Position numbers and translations under genes: made by a program. From the IMG/VR virus record IMGVR_UViG_2645727821_000016: DNA of 22,822 bases; one strand, 5' to 3'. This document shows, in pieces, positions 15,547 through 22,665 of this stretch (within the stretch, counting starts at the first letter, position 1; each line of letters opens with the position of its first letter). Under the pieces are notes generated by a model. It searched no databases, was not told where the DNA came from, and was given only the letters and a program-made list of their open reading frames with translations. Source of the stretch: a virus. Taxonomy: Duplodnaviria > Heunggongvirae > Uroviricota > Caudoviricetes.

Positions 15547-15696
15547 AGGCTTTTTTATTTGTGGTAAATGGGCGGCTGGTGGGTGTTAGGGGCACCCACC
15601 AGCCATCTGCTCATGCGTCCGGATCACAAGCAAACCTCAGGCCCACTGCTTTGCGCAAAAGCAGAATGAGCCTATCAGAGACAGGCTTAATGATCC

Positions 15697-16746
15697 ATGC
15701 TTAATACTGTAAAAATATCCAGTTGTGAGTTAATCAACGCCGACTGCCTGGAATTTATCCGGTCGTTACCCGAAAATTCTGTTGACCTGATAGTCACGGA
15801 CCCGCCGTACTTTAAAGTGAAGCCTGAGGGCTGGGATAACCAGTGGAAGGGCGACGATGATTACCTGAAGTGGCTGGACCAGTGTCTGGCGCAGTTCTGG
15901 CGGGTGCTGAAACCTGCCGGAAGTCTTTACCTGTTCTGTGGTCATCGCCTGGCATCTGATATCGAAATCATGATGCGTGAACGCTTCAGTGTGCTGAACC
16001 ATATTATCTGGGCGAAGCCGTCCGGACGCTGGAACGGATGCAACAAGGAAAGCCTGCGGGCGTATTTCCCCGCCACAGAGCGCATTCTGTTCGCGGAACA
16101 TTATCAGGGGCCGTATCGTCCGAAAGATGCCGGGTATGCGGCGAAGGGCAGTGCACTGAAACAGCATGTGATGGCCCCGCTGATTTCTTACTTTCGTGAT
16201 GCGCGCGCGGCCCTGGGGATAACGGCAAAACAGATTGCAGATGCCACAGGAAAGAAAAACATGGTGTCGCACTGGTTCAGTGCCAGTCAGTGGCAGCTAC
16301 CGAATGAAAGCGATTATCTGAAATTACAGGCGCTGTTTGCCCGGGTGGCAGAAGAGAAGCATCGGCGTGGTGAACTGGAAAAGCTCCACCACCAGCTGGT
16401 GGATACGTATACCTCACTGAACCGGCAGTATGCGGAGCTGCTGAGTGAATATAAACATCTGCGGCGGTATTTTGGCGTGACGGTGCAGGTGCCGTATACC
16501 GATGTGTGGACGCATAAACCGGTGCAGTTCTATCCCGGGAAACATCCGTGCGAAAAACCGGCAGAAATGCTGCAGCAGATAATCAGCGCAAGTAGCCGTC
16601 CTGGTGATCTGGTTGCGGATTTTTTCATGGGGTCGGGTTCAACGGTAAAAGCGGCGATGGCACTGGGGCGTCGTGCGATTGGTGTTGAGCTGGAGACCGG
16701 ACGTTTTGAGCAGACAGTCAGGGAAGTTCAGGATTTAATCGTTTGA
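15697..16746 (+). CDS. Orphan DNA methyltransferase, beta-class N6-adenine/N4-cytosine type (DPPY motif)
   Basis: Motif IV VTDPPYF lies near the N-terminus and motif I FFMGSGST near the C-terminus, the IV-before-I order that defines beta-class amino-methyltransferases. No restriction endonuclease candidate is adjacent. Confidence 0.88.
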   Translation: MLNTVKISSCELINADCLEFIRSLPENSVDLIVTDPPYFKVKPEGWDNQWKGDDDYLKWLDQCLAQFWRVLKPAGSLYLFCGHRLASDIEIMMRERFSVLNHIIWAKPSGRWNGCNKESLRAYFPATERILFAEHYQGPYRPKDAGYAAKGSALKQHVMAPLISYFRDARAALGITAKQIADATGKKNMVSHWFSASQWQLPNESDYLKLQALFARVAEEKHRRGELEKLHHQLVDTYTSLNRQYAELLSEYKHLRRYFGVTVQVPYTDVWTHKPVQFYPGKHPCEKPAEMLQQIISASSRPGDLVADFFMGSGSTVKAAMALGRRAIGVELETGRFEQTVREVQDLIV

Positions 16747-16795
16747 AACGGATGAGATTGCAGAATTAATTACGCACCATTATTATTCTGCTCCC

Positions 16796-16871
16796 GGCCC
16801 TTTAGCTCAGTGGTGAGAGCGAGCGACTCATAATCGCCAGGTCGCTGGTTCAAATCCAGCAAGGGCCACCA
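16796..16871 (+). tRNA. tRNA-Ile (anticodon CAU, ileX/ileZ-like; tRNA-Met not formally excluded)
   Basis: 76-nt cloverleaf: acceptor GGCCCTT/AAGGGCC, D-arm GCTCAGTGGTGAGAGC, anticodon loop CTCATAA, T-loop GGTTCAAATCC, 3' ACCA. Close to E. coli tRNA-Ile2 by recall. Confidence 0.85.
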
Positions 16872-16878
16872 TCACATA

Positions 16879-16955
16879 CCGCCATTAGCTCATCAGGAAA
16901 GAGCGCCAGCCTTCGAAGCTGGTTGCGCGGAGTTCGGGTCCCCGAAGGCGGTCCA
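16879..16955 (+). tRNA. tRNA-Arg (anticodon UCG), somewhat degenerate (argN-like)
   Basis: Acceptor CCGCCAT/AAGGCGG with one mismatch; anticodon stem-loop CCAGC-CTTCGAA-GCTGG; T-loop GTTCGGGTCC with one mismatch in the T-stem; ends in CCA. Confidence 0.6.
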
Positions 16956-16968
16956 TTATCTGTATCCT

Positions 16969-17045
16969 GCGTTGTTAGCTCAGCCGGACAGAGCAATTGC
17001 CTTCTAAGCAATCGGTCACTGGTTCGAATCCAGTACAACGCGCCA
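16969..17045 (+). tRNA. tRNA-Arg (anticodon UCU, argO/argU-like)
   Basis: Acceptor GCGTTGT/ACAACGC; D-arm TAGCTCAGCCGGACAGAGC; anticodon stem-loop ATTGC-CTTCTAA-GCAAT; T-arm ACTGG-TTCGAAT-CCAGT; 3' GCCA. Confidence 0.85.
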
Positions 17046-17060
17046 CACTTATTTTCCCTG

Positions 17061-17089
17061 GCTCGCTTTTGCGGGCTTTTTTTTAAATG
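17061..17089 (+). terminator. Rho-independent terminator after the tRNA cluster
   Basis: gctcgc-tttt-gcgggc (one G-U pair) followed by an 8-nt T-run. Confidence 0.55.
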
Positions 17090-17090
17090 T

Positions 17091-17306
17091 CTCACAATTC
17101 AGGCGGTTGACTGTTGTCTGGTTTGCGGGGAGTTTGTTAAAAGAAACTGGCATGGTGAATCCCCCTGTGCGGAGGGGCAATCAGCGAGTAGGTATATGGG
17201 ATAATCGCGGATTCAGGTGCTGGTACTGAATTCACCGGGAGGCACCCGGCACCATGCAATGGCACATAGCGCCACTCTCCAGCCCCTCTCCGGAGGGGCT
17301 TTTCTG
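17091..17306 (+). repeat. Structured noncoding unit, copy 1 (promoter-like TTGACT, nested hairpins, terminator): candidate small RNA or attenuator
   Basis: Blocks shared with copy 2: ctcacaattcag, ttgac, tttgttaaaa, catggtgaatccccctgNgcggaggggc, caccgggaggcacccggcaccatg, and agcccctctccggagggg followed by a T-tract (terminator hairpin at 17281-17306). Confidence 0.5.
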
Positions 17307-17493
17307 TGCCGGATACATCACAGTTTCTGGAACCTTAGGTACTACAGTATCAGTCAGGGTGCTATATTTTCAGATGTGATGAAAGCCTGTCAGCAGGCAG
17401 GGCGTATCGGAAATGACCCAGTAGAGAAAACGTTGACTCAGATACCGGTGCTGAGTTACCGGGAAACCGGCATCACATGACCGCTATCCTTCC

Positions 17494-17521
17494 AGGCCCA
17501 TCCGCTCCGGTGGGCCTTTTT
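17494..17521 (+). terminator. Rho-independent terminator between the two repeat units
   Basis: ggcccatccg-ctc-cggtgggcc followed by ttttt. Confidence 0.5.
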
Positions 17522-17558
17522 ACTGCAGAAAACAGGTTCCCCGTTAAATGCTATGTTG

Positions 17559-17792
17559 CTCACAATTCAGTAAGTTGACAGTTGCCTGTCAGACTGGGCA
17601 TTTGTTAAAAAAATTTCGCATGGTGAATCCCCCTGAGCGGAGGGGCGACTGGTGACGGTATAATCTCTGATTATCAAAACGAGAATGACGCGGGTTTAGT
17701 GGCACCGGGCTGAACTCACCGGGAGGCACCCGGCACCATGTGCATGATGATACAGATACGCGGCTTTAGCCCCTCTCCGGAGGGGTTTTCTT
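17559..17792 (+). repeat. Structured noncoding unit, copy 2 (TTGACA, TATAAT, nested hairpins, terminator)
   Basis: Same conserved blocks as copy 1 in the same order; TTGACA at 17575-17580; TATAAT at 17659-17664; terminator gcccctctccggagggg plus ttttctt at 17768-17792; another hairpin gcccgcg...cgcgggc at about 17807-17829. Confidence 0.5.
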
Positions 17793-18020
17793 GTGGGCAA
17801 AAAAAGCCCGCGCTGGGAGACGCGGGCGGCAAGGAATAAACAATAAAACGTGAAGTAATATTTCAGCTGGCGAATAATACCCCATAGTAATCACTCTGCG
17901 CAACTGCGCGGTCTTTTTCGAATTGCGGGCTGTCGTCTCTCTTCTGCCATTGTCCTGTAACTTCCGGACTTCAGCCCGCTCCTTATTTTACTCACAATAT
18001 TATCCCGGCCGGGAGGATTC

Positions 18021-18248
18021 ATGGCATTTAAACACTATGACGTGGTCAGGGCGGTATCGCCGTCAGACCTTGCGAAACGACTGACACAAAAACTGAAGGA
18101 GGGCTGGCAGCCGTTTGGTAGTCCGGTGGCCATAACCCCTTATACCCTGATGCAGGCGATTGCAGCAGAAGGTGATGTGGTGGTCAGTGGTGCAACTGAG
18201 CCGGATTGGTACTACGTCATCGTACTGGCCCGGCATTCCAGGCCATAA
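18021..18248 (+). CDS. DUF1737-like small protein (commonly found upstream of holin in lambdoid late regions)
   Basis: 75-aa ORF with GGGAGG upstream; its 5' context ctcacaatattatcccggccgggaggattcATG repeats the ctcacaat and ccgggagg elements of the upstream units. The DUF name is by recall. Confidence 0.65.
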   Translation: MAFKHYDVVRAVSPSDLAKRLTQKLKEGWQPFGSPVAITPYTLMQAIAAEGDVVVSGATEPDWYYVIVLARHSRP

Positions 18249-18451
18249 AAGACAGTCTGGCAGTGGGACTAAATGCACTGACGCTGATGGATATTACCAA
18301 AAATGTAACGTATGGCGTTGAGATAGAAAGTCTGGCGCTGGAGATAAATGCACCGGCATCATCATAAAAAGTGAGCCAGTCAAATGGAAGGTATCGTTAA
18401 ACTCACCGGTAGTGTCAGTGGGTCGTCTGAGACGCTTGCATGAGTTATCAG

Positions 18452-18482
18452 AGCCATCAGTAGTTAACTGGTGGCTTTTTTA
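18452..18482 (+). terminator. Rho-independent terminator immediately upstream of the holin gene
   Basis: agccatcag-tagttaa-ctggtggct (one G-U pair) followed by tttttta. Confidence 0.5.
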
Positions 18483-18516
18483 TTGTTTTCAGCTTCCGGA
18501 TAACGGGAGACGGGGT

Positions 18517-18732
18517 ATGGACCAGATGGAAAAAATCACAACAGGTGTGTCATACACCACGTCAGCGGTGGGAACGGGCTACTGGTTCCTGCAGTTGCTG
18601 GACAGGGTTTCCCCGTCTCAGTGGGCGGCAATAGGCGTGCTGGGGAGTCTGCTGTTTGGGCTGCTGACATATCTGACTAACCTGTATTTCAAAATCAGAG
18701 AGGACCGTCGTAAGGCGGCACGGGGAGAGTAA
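18517..18732 (+). CDS. S: Class II pinholin, phage 21 S21-like, with dual start motif
   Basis: The product [71 protein letters not shown] is near-identical over its C-terminal two-thirds to S21 as I recall it. Two closely spaced Met codons (M1, M4) are typical of the holin/antiholin dual start. The track's longer ORF starting at 18412 would span the terminator. Confidence 0.9.
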   Translation: MDQMEKITTGVSYTTSAVGTGYWFLQLLDRVSPSQWAAIGVLGSLLFGLLTYLTNLYFKIREDRRKAARGE

Positions 18733-18736
18733 TTCA

Positions 18737-19081
18737 ATGACTCAAAACTATGAACTGATTGTGAAAGGGATCCGCAATTTTGAGAATAAAGTTACGGTAA
18801 CTTTAGCATTACAGGACAAAGAACGCTTTGACGGTGAAATTTTTGACCTGGACATCTCGCTGGACCGTGTTGAAGGTGCTGCGCTGGAGTTTTATGAGGC
18901 AGCGGCCAGAAGGAGCATCAGACAGGTCTTCCTGGATGTCGCTGCCGGGTTATGTGAAGGGGATGAGCAGTCGCCGGAAAAGCGCCCCGTAATTTTAGAG
19001 GCGCAGAATGTATGGATAACCTACAAAGGAAAGCTACCGGGAAGGATTACTGGTTCCCTGAAGACTCCGCCGAAATGGTAG
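18737..19081 (+). CDS. YdfR-like protein (DUF1327-like) inserted between holin and endolysin
   Basis: 114-aa ORF starting 5 nt after the holin stop; the N-terminal half MTQNYELIVKGIRNFENKVTVTLALQDK...ALEFYEAAARR resembles E. coli Qin YdfR by recall. Confidence 0.55.
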   Translation: MTQNYELIVKGIRNFENKVTVTLALQDKERFDGEIFDLDISLDRVEGAALEFYEAAARRSIRQVFLDVAAGLCEGDEQSPEKRPVILEAQNVWITYKGKLPGRITGSLKTPPKW

Positions 19082-19319
19082 TTTTGCCAGCATAATTTTC
19101 TTCCAGCAATGCCGCCAGCCACTTGAAAGAATTTTGTTGTTCCTGGGACCATTTGGGGTTGCGTGATTCAAAATGAATGGATGCCAGCGTTGGCAGCATT
19201 TGCTCCCTGGGAATTGATAAGGCCAGATGTGAAAATGCAACAGTGAGGGCATTTACATCATCCCGAAGCCTGGAAATGCAGTCGAGCAACTCCTGTAGAG
19301 AAATGGTGCTATTGTCCAT
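19047..19319 (-). CDS. Hypothetical protein on the opposite strand within the lysis cassette
   Basis: 90-aa ORF convergent with the YdfR-like gene, overlapping its 3' end by 35 bp; no motif recognised. Confidence 0.35.
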   Translation of the reverse strand: MDNSTISLQELLDCISRLRDDVNALTVAFSHLALSIPREQMLPTLASIHFESRNPKWSQEQQNSFKWLAALLEENYAGKTTISAESSGNQ

Positions 19320-19424
19320 AAATAATCCTCTTGATTGTCTTTACCTTTTCCCCGCCTGATTCAACAGGCCGGGACAGATAAACATATCCAGGGTTCAGAA
19401 ACCGATAAATCCTGATAAATATCC

Positions 19425-19958
19425 ATGAACGCAAAAATCAAATACGGCCTGTCAGCTGCAGTTCTGGCGCTGATTGGAGCAGGCGCATCAGCTCCTCAGA
19501 TACTTGACCAGTTTCTGGATGAAAAAGAGGGTAACCACACTACGGCATACCGCGATGGTTCCGGCAACTGGACCATCTGTCGGGGGGCCACGATGGTGGA
19601 TGGAAAACCCGTTTTTCCCGGTATGAAACTGTCGAAGGAAAAATGCGACCAGGTCAACGCCATTGAGCGTGATAAGGCGCTGGCATGGGTGGAGAAAAAC
19701 ATCAAAGTGCCATTGAGCGAACCCCAGAAAGCGGGGATCGCGTCATTCTGTCCGTACAACATTGGTCCCGGTAAGTGTTTCCCGTCGACGTTTTATAAAC
19801 GAATTAATGCAGGTGATCGCAGGGGAGCGTGTGAGGCGATTCGCTGGTGGATTAAGGACGGTGGCAGAGACTGCCGTATTCGTTCAAACAACTGCTACGG
19901 TCAGGTATCCCGTCGTGACCAGGAGAGCGCGCTGGCGTGCTGGGGTATCGACAGATAA
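19425..19958 (+). CDS. SAR-endolysin (phage lysozyme, T4-lysozyme/GH24-like fold with N-terminal signal-anchor-release segment)
   Basis: N-terminus YGLSAAVLALIGAGASAPQIL is a weakly hydrophobic Gly/Ala-rich SAR-like segment, followed by a catalytic-region pattern (EGNHTTAYRDGSGNWTICRG) comparable to R21 ([20 protein letters not shown]). It sits downstream of a pinholin, which is the expected pairing. Confidence 0.88.
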   Translation: MNAKIKYGLSAAVLALIGAGASAPQILDQFLDEKEGNHTTAYRDGSGNWTICRGATMVDGKPVFPGMKLSKEKCDQVNAIERDKALAWVEKNIKVPLSEPQKAGIASFCPYNIGPGKCFPSTFYKRINAGDRRGACEAIRWWIKDGGRDCRIRSNNCYGQVSRRDQESALACWGIDR

Positions 19959-20048
19959 GCAGAATATTTTGCTGAAAAATAAGGCATGGCCACGCGGGCG
20001 GATAACATGAAATCCTGCGAAGTGGCGAAACGTAAGTGAATAAAAGTA

Positions 20049-20088
20049 AAAACCCCGTTTGTTGGCACCAAGCGGGGTTTTGTGTTTC
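20049..20088 (+). terminator. Rho-independent terminator downstream of the endolysin gene
   Basis: aaaccccg...cggggttt stem with an inner ttgg/ccaa pairing, followed by tgtgttt. Confidence 0.45.
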
Positions 20089-20117
20089 CTGACTCCGGAA
20101 AAGTCAAAGGAGAAAGT

Positions 20118-20255
20118 GTGTTTGATTTTAGCAAACTGATTCGGGAGATTCGAGTGATGGCTGAAAAATTATCCACCTGGAAGTTCATTCTTATCTGGCT
20201 GGTGTTTGTGATTATGGCCTCTGGTTATTTCATCGGTCAGATACGCTGGTGGTGA
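20118..20255 (+). CDS. Small hydrophobic ORF (45 aa) between endolysin and Rz
   Basis: GTG at 20118 with AAGGAG 5 nt upstream gives [45 protein letters not shown]; the stop is 1 nt before the Rz ATG. Not on the track because it is under 60 aa. Confidence 0.3.
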   Translation: MFDFSKLIREIRVMAEKLSTWKFILIWLVFVIMASGYFIGQIRWW

Positions 20256-20256
20256 A

Positions 20257-20721
20257 ATGAACCGCGTACTGTGCGTGGTCATCATTGCCCTGCTGGTGGC
20301 CTGTGGTGCGCTTAGTCTGGGGCTGAATCATTACCGTGATAACGCCATTACCTACAAAGCCCAGCGCGACAAAAATGTCAGAGAACTGAAGCTGGCGAAC
20401 GCGGCAATTACTGACATGCAGATGCGTCAGCGTGATGTTGCTGCGCTCGATGCAAAATACACGAAGGAGTTAGCTGATGCGAAAGCTGAAAATGATGCTC
20501 TGCGTGATGATGTTGCCGCTGGTCGTCGTCGGTTGCACATCAAAGCAGTCTGTCAGTCAGTGCGTGAAGCCACCACCGCCTCCGGCGTGGATAATGCAGC
20601 CTCCCCCCGACTGGCAGACACCGCTGAACGGGATTATTTCACCCTCAGAGCGCGACTGATAATAATGCAAAAACAACTTGAAGGGGCACAGCTATACATT
20701 CGAGAGCAATGCCTCAGATAA
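20257..20721 (+). CDS. Rz: Rz i-spanin (lambda-type)
   Basis: The product aligns closely with lambda Rz as I recall it ([107 protein letters not shown]), with an N-terminal transmembrane segment. Confidence 0.9.
   Translation: MNRVLCVVIIALLVACGALSLGLNHYRDNAITYKAQRDKNVRELKLANAAITDMQMRQRDVAALDAKYTKELADAKAENDALRDDVAAGRRRLHIKAVCQSVREATTASGVDNAASPRLADTAERDYFTLRARLIIMQKQLEGAQLYIREQCLR
20477..20659 (+). CDS. Rz1: Rz1 o-spanin lipoprotein, embedded in the +1 frame of Rz
   Basis: [59 protein letters not shown] has a lipobox (VVGC) and a proline-rich mature region, near-identical to lambda Rz1 by recall, and lies wholly within Rz. Confidence 0.85.
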   Translation: MRKLKMMLCVMMLPLVVVGCTSKQSVSQCVKPPPPPAWIMQPPPDWQTPLNGIISPSERD

Positions 20722-21028
20722 AAACCGGCCAAGGATAATCCGCTGAAGATTCGCCGGTGGCTAAAGTGTGCCAAGAGTTCAATTTACGCAATTACTCCTG
20801 TCGATGCTATGTACCGTCTTTGTGAAGTCAATGGATACCTGATTTATTTCTGTGCGCTGTATCGTCGCTGTACTCTTGCATTAATTATGACTGTAGCCTG
20901 ACGGGGAACTCCTTCTGCACAAGTGTGGGGGAATAATCAAAAACGATGCACACCGGGGTTACCGGGTACACATATTTCATCATGCCAGCGAGTCCGGTTC
21001 TGGCACGGAAGAAACCGGACGTTATGAT

Positions 21029-21439
21029 TTAGTGCGGAAATATTTGTGTAGTGTTCTGAATGTTCTCAGTAAAGAGTAATGAATTATCAAAGGTATAGTA
21101 ATACCTTTTGTTTTCGTGGATATTTGTAATCCATCTGAAAACCCCTGCTGTAGCAAGATTTTTCCTGTATTCGTAAAATGATAACTCTCCTGATTTGAAT
21201 CCTTTTAAGGTGGCTTCTATAAGGCATTTATTTTTTGAAAATCTTACATTTACAACCTTACCCTGTCCTTTTATTAAAACCGTATTATCGTTTTCAAGAA
21301 CAAGATGAATATTCTCTGTGGCTAAATAGTAAATGTAATGTGAGACATTGTGACGTTTTAGTTCAGAATAAAACCAGTGATAGTTTAAATTATTTCGCAC
21401 TTTATCGAATATTTGTTTAAAAATGGCAATCTGAGCCAT
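21029..21439 (-). CDS. YbcV/YdfO-like (DUF1398-like) protein, AT-rich moron between lysis genes and cos
   Basis: Start chosen at the internal ATG 21439, with GAAGG 9 nt upstream. AT-rich composition; resembles DLP12 YbcV by recall. Confidence 0.55.
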   Translation of the reverse strand: MAQIAIFKQIFDKVRNNLNYHWFYSELKRHNVSHYIYYLATENIHLVLENDNTVLIKGQGKVVNVRFSKNKCLIEATLKGFKSGELSFYEYRKNLATAGVFRWITNIHENKRYYYTFDNSLLFTENIQNTTQIFPH

Positions 21440-21496
21440 TGTAGTACCTTCCATGTGATATGAGGGGGGGTAGTCTGCACGATTATCTAAATTGCT

Positions 21497-21730
21497 TCAA
21501 TCTGGTCTGACCTGTTTTCTGAGCAATTCAGTAATGTCACTCTTTTCTTTGTTTGCTTCAGGCGAAACTCTTTTTTCTGAGCACAGTCTCCGGCGGCAGG
21601 CTTCAATGACCCAGGCTGAGAAATTCCCGGACCCTTTTTGAACAAGAGCGATGTTAATTTGTTCAATCATTTGGTTAGGAAAGCGGATGTTGCGGGTTGT
21701 TGTTCTGCGGGTTCTGTTCTTCGTTGACAT
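21497..21730 (-). CDS. Small basic putative ribbon-helix-helix DNA-binding protein
   Basis: 77-aa ORF. The N-terminus is Arg/Thr-rich, followed by RFPNQMIEQINIALVQKGSGNFSAWVIEACRRRL, a beta-strand/helix pattern resembling CopG/Arc-type RHH proteins. Confidence 0.45.
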   Translation of the reverse strand: MSTKNRTRRTTTRNIRFPNQMIEQINIALVQKGSGNFSAWVIEACRRRLCSEKRVSPEANKEKSDITELLRKQVRPD

Positions 21731-21929
21731 GAGGTTGCCCTGTATTCAGTGTCGCTGATTTGTATTGTCTGAAGTTGTTTTTACGTTAGGTTGATGCAGA
21801 TCAATTAATACGATACCTGCGTCATAATTGATTATTTGACGTGGTTTGATGGCCTCCACGCACGTTGTGATATGTAGATGATAATCATTATCGCTTTACG
21901 GGTCCTTTCCGGTGATCCGACAGGTTACG

Positions 21930-21941
21930 GGGCGGCGACCT
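21930..21941. other. cosN cohesive-end site (lambda-type GGGCGGCGACCT)
   Basis: ttacgGGGCGGCGACCTcgcggtttttcactatttatgaaaattttt matches the lambda cos junction as I recall it, about 190 bp upstream of Nu1. Downstream inverted repeats tccgacatgaaa (about 22040) and tttcatgtcggg (about 22080) are candidate cosB terminase-binding elements. Confidence 0.6.
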
Positions 21942-22116
21942 CGCGGTTTTTCACTATTTATGAAAATTTTTCAGGGAAAATCGTGTCGGTACTTCTCGAA
22001 TATAACTTTTTGTTTTTTTTAATATTGCATTCATAAATGTCCGACATGAAAGTGTCCGAAAATGCCTTTTTCTGGCGTTTTCATGTCGGGCCTTGTATTT
22101 GATAATGGGTTGTTCT

Positions 22117-22665
22117 ATGAAGGTTAATAAAAAGAGGCTTGCCGAAATTTTTAACGTGGACCCGCGGACGATTGAACGCTGGCAGTCTCAGGGGCTCCCT
22201 TGCGTCTCCAAAGGCAGTAAGGGCATTGAATCTGTATTTGATACTGCCATGGCAATTCAGTGGTATGCGCAGAGGGAAACTGATATCGAAAACGAAAAGC
22301 TCCGCAAAGAACTGGCCGATTTGCGTGCGGCAGCGGAGTCAGATTTACAACCCGGCACCATTGACTATGAACGCTACCGGCTCACAAAAGCGCAGGCAGA
22401 TGCGCAGGAACTGAAAAATGCCCGTGAAGACGGAGTGGTGCTGGAAACTGAACTGTTTACCTTCATTCTGCAACGTGTGGCACAGGAGATTTCGGGGATA
22501 CTTGTGCGTGTGCCGTTGACATTACAGCGTAAATATCCGGACATTTCACCATCACACCTTGATGTGGTGAAAACTGAAATCGCGAAAGCCTCCAATGTTG
22601 CAGCTAAGGCCGGTGAAAACGTGGGCGGGTGGATCGATGATTTCAGACGCACAGAAGGCAGCTAA
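22117..22665 (+). CDS. nu1: Terminase small subunit Nu1 (lambda-type)
   Basis: [28 protein letters not shown]... aligns with lambda Nu1 (MEVNKKQLADIFGASIRTIQNWQEQGMP...), including ENEKLR and [28 protein letters not shown]. Confidence 0.92.
   Translation: MKVNKKRLAEIFNVDPRTIERWQSQGLPCVSKGSKGIESVFDTAMAIQWYAQRETDIENEKLRKELADLRAAAESDLQPGTIDYERYRLTKAQADAQELKNAREDGVVLETELFTFILQRVAQEISGILVRVPLTLQRKYPDISPSHLDVVKTEIAKASNVAAKAGENVGGWIDDFRRTEGS

Noticed and set aside
12827-16272. Antisense ORFs within the DUF968-like, Q-like and methyltransferase genes (for example 13315-13575, 13461-13775, 14507-14887, 15766-16272)
   Set aside because: Overlap well-supported sense-strand genes; arginine- and proline-rich translations typical of antisense frames of GC-rich coding DNA.
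17217-17480. 87-aa ORF inside repeat unit 1
   Set aside because: It crosses two terminator hairpins and is not conserved in copy 2; it is a frame artefact of GC-rich structured RNA.
17046-18020. Looked for Shiga toxin genes (stxA/stxB) between the Arg tRNA and the lysis genes, where Stx phages carry them
   Set aside because: No ORF of suitable size, no signal-peptide-bearing A or B subunit frame; the interval is filled by the tandem structured repeats instead.
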